Positions 14,709 through 22,864 of a DNA stretch of 22,864 nt are shown here, in pieces (within the stretch, counting starts at the first letter, position 1; every line of letters begins with the position of its first letter). The position numbers and the translations under genes are program-made. The stretch spans positions 1 through 22,864 of the forward strand of contig CAXTTL010000055.1 of assembly GCA_964247135.1 (NCBI GenBank). Reading direction: 5' to 3'. This stretch comes from an uncultured Deinococcales bacterium. GTDB lineage: Bacteria > Deinococcota > Deinococci > Deinococcales > JAAFIG01. Under the pieces are notes generated by a model. It worked only from the letters and a program-made list of their open reading frames with translations. It made no database searches and had not been told where the DNA came from.

Positions 14709-15878
14709 ATGACCTTGACCTTAGAAACCACAATCCTCGAGAACAGCCTCATCACCCCACTCGGCGGCAAACTGATCAACCGTGTCGAAAACCTTGACCC
14801 GAAAGATTTTGCGCACCTCCCAACCCTCGAGTTGACCGACCGCAATTACGCCGACCTCGAGTTGATCGCCACGGGCGTGTATTCGCCGCTCACAGGTTTT
14901 GTGGGTTCCAAAGACCATGCCAGCATCGTCGAGAATTTACGCCTTGCAAACGGTTTGCCGTGGAGCATTCCGATTACTTTGGGCGTCTCGAGCGAAGCCG
15001 CAAAAACTTTAACGGGTCAAATCCTGCTCAACTACCGCAACGCACCCGTTGGTTTGCTCGAGGTGTCTGAACAGTACACGCCCGACAAGCAAGAAGAGGC
15101 GCTCAAAGTTTACCGCACCACCGACGAAAAGCATCCTGGCGTGGCAGCCTTGCTCGAGCAGGGCGAAGTCAATTTGGCGGGAGACATCACGTTGTTCGAG
15201 GTGTCTCGCGGCGATTATCCCGAGCACCATTACACCCCGCTCGAGACCCGAGAGCAGTTCGCCAAAAAAGGTTGGAAGACCGTGGTGGCATTCCAAACCC
15301 GCAACCCAATTCACCGTGCGCACGAGTATTTGCACAAGGTCGCGCTCGAGACGATTGATGGACTGTTTTTGAATCCGCTGGTTGGCAGCACCAAATCCGA
15401 TGATGTTCCTGCGGCAACTCGAGTGAAAGCCTACGAGGTGCTGCTCGAGGGTTACTACCCAGCAAACCGCGTGTTGTTCGGCGTGTATCCCGCCGCGATG
15501 CGTTACGCCGGACCTCGAGAAGCAATTCTTCACGCGATCTCGAGACGCAATTACGGCTGCACCCATTTTATTGTCGGACGCGACCACGCCGGCGTTGGCA
15601 CATATTACGGCACCTACGACGCCCAAGAAATTTTTAACACGTACAGTAAAGAAGAACTCGGCATTGAAATCATCAAATTCGAGCACACGTTCTACTGCCG
15701 CACCTGCGGTTCGCTCGTCTCGAGCCGCACCTGCCCGCACGACAGCAGCCATCATTTGGTTTTGTCTGGCACGAAAGTCCGCGAGAAACTGACTGCTGGC
15801 GAAGAACTCCCAACCGAATTCACCCGCAAAGAAGTCGCTGAAGTCTTGCGTGCCGCATATCTCGAGGCGAAATCATGA
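14709..15878 (+). CDS. sat: sulfate adenylyltransferase (ATP sulfurylase, Sat type)
   Basis: [53 protein letters not shown], zinc site CRTC...CPH, LSGTKVR. Confidence 0.97.
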   Translation: MTLTLETTILENSLITPLGGKLINRVENLDPKDFAHLPTLELTDRNYADLELIATGVYSPLTGFVGSKDHASIVENLRLANGLPWSIPITLGVSSEAAKTLTGQILLNYRNAPVGLLEVSEQYTPDKQEEALKVYRTTDEKHPGVAALLEQGEVNLAGDITLFEVSRGDYPEHHYTPLETREQFAKKGWKTVVAFQTRNPIHRAHEYLHKVALETIDGLFLNPLVGSTKSDDVPAATRVKAYEVLLEGYYPANRVLFGVYPAAMRYAGPREAILHAISRRNYGCTHFIVGRDHAGVGTYYGTYDAQEIFNTYSKEELGIEIIKFEHTFYCRTCGSLVSSRTCPHDSSHHLVLSGTKVREKLTAGEELPTEFTRKEVAEVLRAAYLEAKS

Positions 15879-16618
15879 TTGAGCCGCCCGTACTGGTTGC
15901 CCTGGGAGTGGTCACGGGGTTTTTGATCGGCACGACCGGACTTGGTGGCGGCAGTTTGCTGACCCCTGCCTTGTTGCTGCTTGGGTTGCCAACCCCAGTT
16001 TTGATTGGCACGGACTTGCTGACCGCCAGCATCACCAAAATTGGCGCGTCGTGGCGGCATCATCTCAGCGGCACGATTGATTGGAAAACCGTTGGCTTGC
16101 TGGCGTTGGGCAGCCTTCCCGCAGGTTATGCCACCAGCCTGATGCACCTGAAAGTGGATTTTTTGCTGCGTTTGTTGGCAATTGCTTTGATCTTTACAGG
16201 TGTCGCCATTTTGTGGCGTTGGAAATACCCGCCCAAAGTTGTGAAAGCCATTCCCATTCCATTGCCCCTGATTGGCGCATTGGTCGGCGCACTGGTCGGC
16301 TTAACCAGCATCGGTAGCGGCGCCATGCTCGCGCTGGCACTGACTTTTATCATGCCGCACCTCAAAGTCTCGAGGCTGGCGGGTACAGATGTTGCCCACG
16401 GTGTACTGCTTTCGTTGGTCGCTGCCGCCGGACACGCGCAACGTGCCGCCGTGGACTTCCCTACCGTCGGTTGGTTGCTGCTCGGCGCACTGCCCAGCAC
16501 TTGGCTTGCCAGCGGCTATGCGCCCAAACTCTCCGAGAACATTGCCCGTCCACTTCTTGGTACAGTGCTGTCAATTGTTGGAACAGTGCTGATTCTCAGG
16601 TCGGTGCTGAGCGTCTAG
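15875..16618 (+). CDS. sulfite exporter TauE/SafE family membrane protein
   Basis: Duplicated motifs G.TG.GGG.L.TP and [12 protein letters not shown] twice; highly hydrophobic; overlaps the sat stop. Confidence 0.88.
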   Translation: MIEPPVLVALGVVTGFLIGTTGLGGGSLLTPALLLLGLPTPVLIGTDLLTASITKIGASWRHHLSGTIDWKTVGLLALGSLPAGYATSLMHLKVDFLLRLLAIALIFTGVAILWRWKYPPKVVKAIPIPLPLIGALVGALVGLTSIGSGAMLALALTFIMPHLKVSRLAGTDVAHGVLLSLVAAAGHAQRAAVDFPTVGWLLLGALPSTWLASGYAPKLSENIARPLLGTVLSIVGTVLILRSVLSV

Positions 16619-16657
16619 CGACGGGATCAAACCCGTTGTCTCGAGAGGACAGGGTCA

Positions 16658-18247
16658 ATGGCAAAAACAAACTACATGGAAGAGATCAAGGCGGTCAAAC
16701 CGCCGTATCAGGTGCTGGCAGCCATTTACAATGCCGCCAAAACAGGTTTTGCCAGCATCGCGCCCGATGATCTGGATTTGTTCAAATGGTACGGCTTGTA
16801 CCCGCAACGCCCGCAAGAGGACGGTTTTTTCATGTTGCGCGTCAAGGTCACGGCTGGAAGTTACGACAGCCAGATCATGCGTGTGGTGGTCGGGATTGCC
16901 AACGATTTTGGACGTGGCGTGCTGGACATCACCGACCGGCAGTGCTTTCAATTTCACTGGCTGAAAATTGAAGATGTGCCAGAAATTTTTGCCCGTCTCG
17001 AGAAAGTCGGTTTGCATTCGGTTGGCGCGTGTGGCGACACAGTGCGTAATGTGATTGCCTGCCCGCTCGAGGGTTTGGACGGACGACAAATTCTGGACAC
17101 TCGAGCCTTGTCTCAAACGCTGTCCAATCACTTTTCGGGCAATGTCGAATTTGGCGATTTGCCGCGCAAATTTAAGATTTCCGTGACCGCCTGCCCCGAG
17201 CAATGCGCTTGTCATCACATCAACGACATCGGTTTTATCGCGCATCAACATAGCGACGGGCGAATCGGCTTTGATGTTTGGGTGGGCGGCGGTCTGGGCG
17301 CCATCCCCCACCTCGCCAAACGCCTTGGGGTGTTTGTGATGCCAGAGGACGTGCTCGAGGTTTCACGCGCCATCACGGCGGCATACCGCGATCATGGTTA
17401 TCGGGTCAGCCGCAAGAAAGCCCGCCTGAAGTTTTTGCTTGCCGATTGGGGAGCCGAAAAATTCCGCGATGTGGTCGAACGCGAATATTTGGGACGCAAA
17501 TTTGAAGATGGTCTCGAAGCACCCAGGGCGCCCAGCAACGCCAGCGATCACCTGGGAATCATCCCTCAAAACAACGGGCAGTATGCCATCGGGCTTGCCA
17601 CCACCGTCGGCAGAATCACCACCGCCCACGCCCTCGAGCTAGCCCGCATTGCCGAGACTTACGGTTCTGGCGATCTACGCAACACCCCGCGCCAAAACGT
17701 GATTGTCGTGAATGTCCCCCAAGAAAAACTCGAGGCTGCCATAGCCGAACTCGAGCAAATCGGTTTGTACGCCAACAACTTCTTTCGCGGCAGCACCATC
17801 GCCTGCACGGGCATCGAATTTTGCAGGCTTGCATTGACCGAAACCAAAGCCAAAACCACGCATCTGGTCGAACACCTCGAGTCAAAATTTGGCAACACTT
17901 TTCCGCACGCTTTTAGCATCAACCTCACGGGTTGCTCGAACGCCTGTGCGCGTTATCAAGTTGCCGATCTTGGCTTTATGGGCGCGAACCGCAGCGACGC
18001 CAACGGCGGGCAAGAAGAGGTTTATCAAGTTCACCTCTCGGGCGGTCTGGATAGTGAGGCACGCCTCGGTGACAAACTCAAAAGCGTGATTCCGGCAGCG
18101 CAACTCGAGGAATACTCCGAAAAAGTCTTACTCGGTTTTCTCGAGCATCGGGTCGGTTCTGAAAGCTGGCGCGAATACACCATGCGCATCGGCTCGGGTG
18201 CGTTTGAGCCGTCGGTGGTGCTCGAGCTTGCCCACGCCGCAGATTAA
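16658..18247 (+). CDS. sir: ferredoxin-dependent sulfite reductase (Sir/NirA family hemoprotein)
   Basis: WYGLYPQR, FMLRV, TDRQ..Q.H, ACGDTVRN, LPRKFK; siroheme/[4Fe-4S] cysteines CTGIEFC and TGCSNAC; located within the cys operon. Confidence 0.88.
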   Translation: MAKTNYMEEIKAVKPPYQVLAAIYNAAKTGFASIAPDDLDLFKWYGLYPQRPQEDGFFMLRVKVTAGSYDSQIMRVVVGIANDFGRGVLDITDRQCFQFHWLKIEDVPEIFARLEKVGLHSVGACGDTVRNVIACPLEGLDGRQILDTRALSQTLSNHFSGNVEFGDLPRKFKISVTACPEQCACHHINDIGFIAHQHSDGRIGFDVWVGGGLGAIPHLAKRLGVFVMPEDVLEVSRAITAAYRDHGYRVSRKKARLKFLLADWGAEKFRDVVEREYLGRKFEDGLEAPRAPSNASDHLGIIPQNNGQYAIGLATTVGRITTAHALELARIAETYGSGDLRNTPRQNVIVVNVPQEKLEAAIAELEQIGLYANNFFRGSTIACTGIEFCRLALTETKAKTTHLVEHLESKFGNTFPHAFSINLTGCSNACARYQVADLGFMGANRSDANGGQEEVYQVHLSGGLDSEARLGDKLKSVIPAAQLEEYSEKVLLGFLEHRVGSESWREYTMRIGSGAFEPSVVLELAHAAD

Positions 18248-18263
18248 AAACGATTGTATTCTT

Positions 18264-18292
18264 GTAGGGGATGGTCTGAGACCATCCCCTAC
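18264..18292. repeat. GTAG-type REP-like palindrome
   Basis: GTAGGGGATGGTCT-G-AGACCATCCCCTAC with perfect 14-bp arms; identical to 22522-22550. Confidence 0.9.
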
Positions 18293-18311
18293 GGTATTTT
18301 TGGAGAAAACC

Positions 18312-19025
18312 ATGTCTTATTACCCCGTCATGCTCAACCTCAAAAATCGCAAGGTCTTGTTCGTCGGCGGCGGTTGGGAAACCGAGCATAAAGTACGCGG
18401 GCTGCTCGAGGCTGGCGCGAATTTAACCCTGCTCTCAAAGTACCAGCACCCCGAACTTGATGCGCTCGAGAAAGACGGCAAAATCACTTGGCTGCGGCGC
18501 GGTTTTGAGGCGGGCGATCTGGTTGGCGTCTGGTTGGTCATGTCTCATACCAAAGACAAAGCCGACAACGTTGCTATTTATGCCGAAGCCGAAGCTCGAG
18601 GCGTCCTGTGCAACAGCGTGGACGACCCTGAGCGTTGCTCGTTGATTTTGCCCAGCGTCGTGCGCCGTGGCGATTTGATCATTGGCATTTCAACCAGTGG
18701 CACTGCCCCAGCCTTGGGCGTGCGCATCAAACAAAAACTGAACCTCGAGTACGGCGAGGAGTACACGGAATTTCTGGCAATCCTGCGTTCGATGCGCTCG
18801 AGCATCACGGCGGGTTTTGCGAGTTTTGATCTGCGCAAAAAACTTTGGTACGACCTGATGGACTCGAACGCGTTGCAATTGGTGAAAGAGGGGAGACCTG
18901 AAGCCGCTCGAGCCGAAATCAAACGCGGGGTTCTGGCGCAACGTGAAGCCTGCAAACTCGAGCCATGCAAGGGGTGCACACCCGAAAATTGCGCGGTGTT
19001 TTCTGGACTCGAGATGAACTTGTGA
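18312..19025 (+). CDS. sirC: precorrin-2 dehydrogenase / sirohydrochlorin ferrochelatase (SirC/Met8/CysG-N family)
   Basis: Start moved to ATG 18312 (MSYYPVMLNL) after GGAGA. VGGG, NSVDDPERC...PS.VRRG.L.I.IST.G.AP. Confidence 0.88.
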   Translation: MSYYPVMLNLKNRKVLFVGGGWETEHKVRGLLEAGANLTLLSKYQHPELDALEKDGKITWLRRGFEAGDLVGVWLVMSHTKDKADNVAIYAEAEARGVLCNSVDDPERCSLILPSVVRRGDLIIGISTSGTAPALGVRIKQKLNLEYGEEYTEFLAILRSMRSSITAGFASFDLRKKLWYDLMDSNALQLVKEGRPEAARAEIKRGVLAQREACKLEPCKGCTPENCAVFSGLEMNL

Positions 19026-19753
19026 ATGCGGGCAAAGTCTTTATTGTTGGTGCCGGTCCTGGCGACCCCGAACTCCTGACCATCAAAGCCCTCAAAGCCC
19101 TCGAGAATGCCGATGTGGTGCTCTATGACCGTTTGGTTGGCGCGGCGATTCTCGAGTTGATCCCGAAGACTGCCGAAAAAGTTTACGTCGGCAAAAACCA
19201 CGGCGAGCAAGACAGCGTGCAAACCGAAATCATGGTGCTGCTCGAGCGGTACGCCCTGGCAGGCAAAAATGTGGTGCGCTTGAAAGGCGGCGACCCGTTT
19301 GTGTTTGGGCGCGGTGCAGAAGAATGGGCGTATCTGTCCGCGCTGGGCGTGAGTGTGCAAATTGTGCCTGGGATTAGCTCGAGCCTCGCCGTACCCGCCC
19401 TGGCGGGAATTCCCTTAACCTACCGCAACCTCGCTCGAGGGTTTGCGGTGGTGACCGGACATCACTCCGAGGAATCCGCCCCCGAATGGCGTCATTACGC
19501 CCACGTGGAAACGCTGGTGGTTTTGATGGGCGTGGGCGAACGCGCACACATTGCCCAAAATTTGATCGCCCTCGGACGGGACAAACTCGAGCCTTGCGCC
19601 TTTATTGAACGCGGCAGCACCCCCAGAGAACGTGTGGTGATCTCGAGCTTGGGGGCGGTGGCAAACGGTGAAACCAGTGTTGAAGCGCCAGCCGTGTGGG
19701 TGATCGGGCAGGTGGTCGGTGTGCGCGAACAGTTGATCAATTTCAAACCTTAA
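19022..19753 (+). CDS. cobA: uroporphyrinogen-III C-methyltransferase
   Basis: GTG start overlapping the upstream TGA; VGAGPGDPELLT.KA, VLYDRLV, RLKGGDPFVFGRG.EE, VPGISS, GIPLT.R. Confidence 0.95.
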   Translation: MNAGKVFIVGAGPGDPELLTIKALKALENADVVLYDRLVGAAILELIPKTAEKVYVGKNHGEQDSVQTEIMVLLERYALAGKNVVRLKGGDPFVFGRGAEEWAYLSALGVSVQIVPGISSSLAVPALAGIPLTYRNLARGFAVVTGHHSEESAPEWRHYAHVETLVVLMGVGERAHIAQNLIALGRDKLEPCAFIERGSTPRERVVISSLGAVANGETSVEAPAVWVIGQVVGVREQLINFKP

Positions 19754-19798
19754 AAAACTCAGGATTGCTCGAGACAGATACTCGAGCCAGTTTGACCG

Positions 19799-19829
19799 AA
19801 CCACATGATTGTCCATGTGGTTTTGTGTT
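19799..19829 (+). terminator. probable intrinsic terminator of the cys/siroheme operon
   Basis: AACCACATG-ATTGTC-CATGTGGTT hairpin followed by T-rich TTGTGTT, 45 nt after the cobA stop. Confidence 0.5.
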
Positions 19830-19973
19830 GTCGTTGCCCGCAACTTTAATCTTGTGACCAAAATATGACCGAGGCTCGAGTAGCTTGATTGAACAAGAAG
19901 ACAACTTCATTTCCAAAACACTGCCTTTCTTGAAGCGCTCGGTGGAGGGCAGTTTGATCGAAAGGGGTTTACG

Positions 19974-21392
19974 ATGAAAAACCGATGGATACCGTTCAGT
20001 TTGCTGATTATGGCAGCACTCTGGAGTTGTAATTCAGCCGCACCAAACCAGGCAGATACCAACATCGAGGCTGAGAGCCTGTCCTTTCAAGCTTCTGGCG
20101 ACCCAAACTTGCGTCCGTTTCCCAACTCAAGCGGTTGGTCCAGAACCATCTCGCTCGAGGGAAAAATTGACACGAACGGCGCATTTTTTCAAAGCATTGG
20201 CACAAACGGGCGCAGTTGTGTCACCTGTCATCAACCCAGTGAAGGTTGGACGGTCACGCCGACTGGAGTTCAAAGGCGCTTTGCGTTTTCCCTTGGAACA
20301 GACCCGATTTTCAGGCTGGTGGACGGCGCGAACTCACCCAATGCCGATGTCTCGAGCCTGAACGCCCGCCGCAAAGCCTACAGCATGTTGCTCGAGAAGG
20401 GTTTGATTCGGGTTGGTTTGCCGATTCCAGCCAACGCCGAGTTCACGCTCGAGACGGTCGATGACCCTTACGGCTTTGCCAGCAGCCAAGAGCTTTCGTT
20501 GTTTCGTCGTCCGATGCCGACCACCAACCTGAGTTTTCTCAGTGCCGCCATGTGGGACGGACGCGAAAGCATTGTTGATGCCGCCAAACACATTGACCTG
20601 AACGCTTCGCTCTCGCATCAATCCAACTCTGCCACCCGAGGTCACGCCCAAAGTGCCAGGGATTTAACGAACGCCGAACGTCAGAGCATCGTCAATTTCG
20701 AGACCAAGCTGTTCTCGACCCAAGTTTTTGATTTCGAGGCGGGTCGTTTGGATGCCAAGGGCGCAAACGGTGGACCCGAGGCATTGTCTGCGCAAGAGTT
20801 TTTTATTGGCATCAATGACCCGCTCGGATTAAACCCAAGCGGCAAAGCCTTTGACCCAACTGCAATGACCCTGTTCAATCCTTGGCAAAACCTAACAGGA
20901 GACAATGACCTCAATGAGGCGCGGCGTGCGGTGGCTCGAGGGCAGCAGATTTTTAACACCAAACCCATCAATATTGTTGGCGTCAACGGCTTAAACGACA
21001 ACCTGGGCGTGCCGAGCATTCCTGGCACATGTACCACCTGTCACGATTCGCCAAACGTGGGCAACCACTCGGTGATCGCACCGCTCAACATTGGACTGAC
21101 CGATCTCTCGAGACGCACGCCAGACTTGCCGTTGTACACCCTCAAAAACAAGCTCACCCTCGAGACGCGCCAAACCACCGACCCTGGACGCGCCTTGATT
21201 ACCGGCAAGTGGGCGGACATTGGGAAGTTTAAAGGACCGATTTTGCGCAACTTGGCGGCTCGAGCGCCCTACTTTCACAACGGTTCGGCACCAACCCTGC
21301 GCGATGCGGTCAATTTTTACAACCAACGCTTTTCGATAGGTTTGACCGAATCGGAAACCCAAGATTTGGTGGCTTTCCTGAAAACCATTTAA
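19974..21392 (+). CDS. di-heme cytochrome c lipoprotein, bacterial CcP/MauG superfamily
   Basis: Lipoprotein-type signal (ALWSC); two CxxCH motifs (CVTCH, CTTCH); WDGR; DPGR; FK.P.LR.L...APYFHNG...TL...V.FY. Confidence 0.85.
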   Translation: MKNRWIPFSLLIMAALWSCNSAAPNQADTNIEAESLSFQASGDPNLRPFPNSSGWSRTISLEGKIDTNGAFFQSIGTNGRSCVTCHQPSEGWTVTPTGVQRRFAFSLGTDPIFRLVDGANSPNADVSSLNARRKAYSMLLEKGLIRVGLPIPANAEFTLETVDDPYGFASSQELSLFRRPMPTTNLSFLSAAMWDGRESIVDAAKHIDLNASLSHQSNSATRGHAQSARDLTNAERQSIVNFETKLFSTQVFDFEAGRLDAKGANGGPEALSAQEFFIGINDPLGLNPSGKAFDPTAMTLFNPWQNLTGDNDLNEARRAVARGQQIFNTKPINIVGVNGLNDNLGVPSIPGTCTTCHDSPNVGNHSVIAPLNIGLTDLSRRTPDLPLYTLKNKLTLETRQTTDPGRALITGKWADIGKFKGPILRNLAARAPYFHNGSAPTLRDAVNFYNQRFSIGLTESETQDLVAFLKTI

Positions 21393-21402
21393 AGTTGAAC
21401 CG

Positions 21403-21439
21403 CCCAAGCTCGAGGAAGTGAAAGCTCCTCGAGCTTGGG
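21403..21439. terminator. hairpin after the di-heme gene with CTCGAG in both arms
   Basis: CCCAAGCTCGAGGA, 9-nt loop, TCCTCGAGCTTGGG; no clear U-tract. Confidence 0.5.
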
Positions 21440-21476
21440 TGCGTCAGCGCCCAAGTGGAACATGTAAAATCAAAGC

Positions 21477-22508
21477 ATGAACAAATCAAAACCATTGCGC
21501 CTCCTGCAAATTGGCATGGGTGGCTGGGGACGAAGTTGGGCTGAAAGTGTTGTTCCAAAACTCAAAACTGTTAAAGCTGTTGGCTGGGTCGATGCCAAAC
21601 CAGACGCGCTCGAGGCAGCCCAAAATGTCCTGAAATTACCCAAAAAATCGTGTTTTACAAACCTCAAAAACGCGCTCGAGGTGTTGGATGTTGATGCGGT
21701 CTTGATTACGGCATCGGCGGTGGTTCATGCGCCGATTGCAATTGAAGCTTTAAACGCTGGCTTGCACGTGCTGGTCGAAAAACCTTTCGCCCTGACACTC
21801 GAGGATGCGCGAATTGTAAACGAGGTCGCTCGAGTTCAAAAACGAATTGTGATGGTCAGTCAAAATTACCGATTTCAACCCGCCCCACAACTCGTGGCGC
21901 AACTCGTGCGCGATCAAACCTTGGGGCAAGTTGGCGTGGTTCACGTTGATTTTCGCCGTGACAACATGTATCCATCACCCGACATGCCACACTTGCAATG
22001 GGCGCAACCCTTGCTGCTCGACATGGCAATCCATCACTTTGACCTGATGCGATTTATCCTGCAACAAGATGCGCTCGAGCTTTACGCTCACGCTTGGAAT
22101 CCTGTTTGGAGTTTGTACCGCGACCCCGCCAGCGCCACCGTCAACATTGGATTTGAAAACAATACCGTCGTCAACTACCGAGGCAGTTGGGTCAGCCCTG
22201 GCAAAGTTACCCCCTGGGCAGGCGAATGGAAACTCGAGTGCGAACACGGCGAGATCAGTTTTACCAGCCGTGATAATAATGCGCCAGACATGGTGAAAAT
22301 TCGCAAATTCGGCAAGCGAGAACGAAAACTCGAGCTGCCAAACCTCGAGTTTGTCGGACGTGTGGGAAGTTTGAATGCTTTTGCAGAAGCGATTCGCACG
22401 GGAACAGAACCCGCAACTTCGGGGCGGGACAACATCAAGAGCTTGCAACTTTCGCTCGAGGCGATACGTTCAGCGCAAGAAAAACGCGTGATTTCCATCG
22501 AGAAATAA
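21477..22508 (+). CDS. Gfo/Idh/MocA family NAD(P)-dependent oxidoreductase
   Basis: IGMGGWG Rossmann motif, H...A..AL.AG.HVLVEKP, QNYRF.P, LLDMAIHHFD. Confidence 0.92.
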   Translation: MNKSKPLRLLQIGMGGWGRSWAESVVPKLKTVKAVGWVDAKPDALEAAQNVLKLPKKSCFTNLKNALEVLDVDAVLITASAVVHAPIAIEALNAGLHVLVEKPFALTLEDARIVNEVARVQKRIVMVSQNYRFQPAPQLVAQLVRDQTLGQVGVVHVDFRRDNMYPSPDMPHLQWAQPLLLDMAIHHFDLMRFILQQDALELYAHAWNPVWSLYRDPASATVNIGFENNTVVNYRGSWVSPGKVTPWAGEWKLECEHGEISFTSRDNNAPDMVKIRKFGKRERKLELPNLEFVGRVGSLNAFAEAIRTGTEPATSGRDNIKSLQLSLEAIRSAQEKRVISIEK

Positions 22509-22521
22509 ATCGATGAACGGT

Positions 22522-22550
22522 GTAGGGGATGGTCTGAGACCATCCCCTAC
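22522..22550. repeat. GTAG-type REP-like palindrome between convergent genes
   Basis: Identical to 18264-18292. Confidence 0.9.
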
Positions 22551-22566
22551 GAATCATCCCCACAAA

Positions 22567-22864
22567 TTAAATTGCCATCGAAACGTATTTCACGTACAAG
22601 TATTCCTCGAGTCCAAAATGCCCGCCCTCACGACCAAAACCGCTTTGTTTGATGCCGCCAAATGGCGCTTGGGCGGTGCTGGGAATCGGGTCGTTTAAGC
22701 CAATAATGCCGTACTCGAGTTTTTCTGAAACCCGCACGGCTCGAGACAAATCTTTGGTCCAAACGTAAGCTGCCAAGCCAAATGGTGTGTTGTTGGCGGC
22801 GTACAGAAGTTCGGCTTCGGTGTCGAACACGATCACGGGCGCGACGGGTCCAAAAGTCTCCTCG
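22567..22864 (-). CDS. aldehyde dehydrogenase (succinate-semialdehyde dehydrogenase GabD-like), C-terminal part (truncated by window)
   Basis: Frame is open to the window end: EETFGPVAPV...AN.TPFGLAAY..T.D...APFGGIKQSGFGREG...GLEEYL..KY. Confidence 0.88.
   Translation of the reverse strand, partial: EETFGPVAPVIVFDTEAELLYAANNTPFGLAAYVWTKDLSRAVRVSEKLEYGIIGLNDPIPSTAQAPFGGIKQSGFGREGGHFGLEEYLYVKYVSMAI

Larger units (their letters stand above)
59..22745. repeat. highly iterated palindrome CTCGAG (about 174 dispersed copies)
   Basis: Manual count of about 174 exact copies, or one per ~130 bp; first at 59-64, last at 22740-22745. Confidence 0.95.

Noticed and set aside
16658-18247. Calling this gene a second nitrite reductase (nirA)
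   Set aside because: Position inside the cys operon, similarity to SirA motifs and the presence of a separate NirBD favour sulfite reductase, though the family overlaps.
9136-22550. GTAGGGGATGG...CCATCCCCTAC copies as CRISPR repeats
   Set aside because: Dispersed kilobases apart, with no regular spacers and no cas genes.
22861-22864. Window ends in CTCG, possibly a cut XhoI site implying a cloning artefact
   Set aside because: Sites elsewhere sit within intact, full-length reading frames, so they are genomic; ending on a partial site is plausible by chance at this density.

Overview
Bacterial chromosomal window, roughly 54-56% GC by eye; protein style and gene content suggest Deinococcota, but this is inference. 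From left to right: the end of an ABC-2-type transporter operon and a secreted TPR protein; a divergent nitrate-assimilation cluster (hemD-nirD-nirB on the minus strand; nasA-nrtA-nrtB-nrtD on the plus strand); a small lower-GC Ig-like lipoprotein gene; a sulfate-assimilation/siroheme operon (cysC-cysH-sat-TauE-sir-sirC-cobA); a MauG-like di-heme lipoprotein; a Gfo/Idh/MocA oxidoreductase; and the 3' end of an aldehyde dehydrogenase. The most unusual signals are not genes. (1) The palindrome CTCGAG occurs about 174 times by manual count, roughly 25x expectation, in all reading frames and in intergenic DNA, like a highly iterated palindrome. (2) Two related 37-40 nt structured mini-elements (GCG...CAAGAC) with covarying stems have inserted into two different families of palindromic repeats. 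(3) Candidate leader peptides sit ahead of the cys operon (ending C-W-A-C) and nasA (ending Q-G-Q-A). (4) The two divergent nitrogen promoters share an upstream motif.
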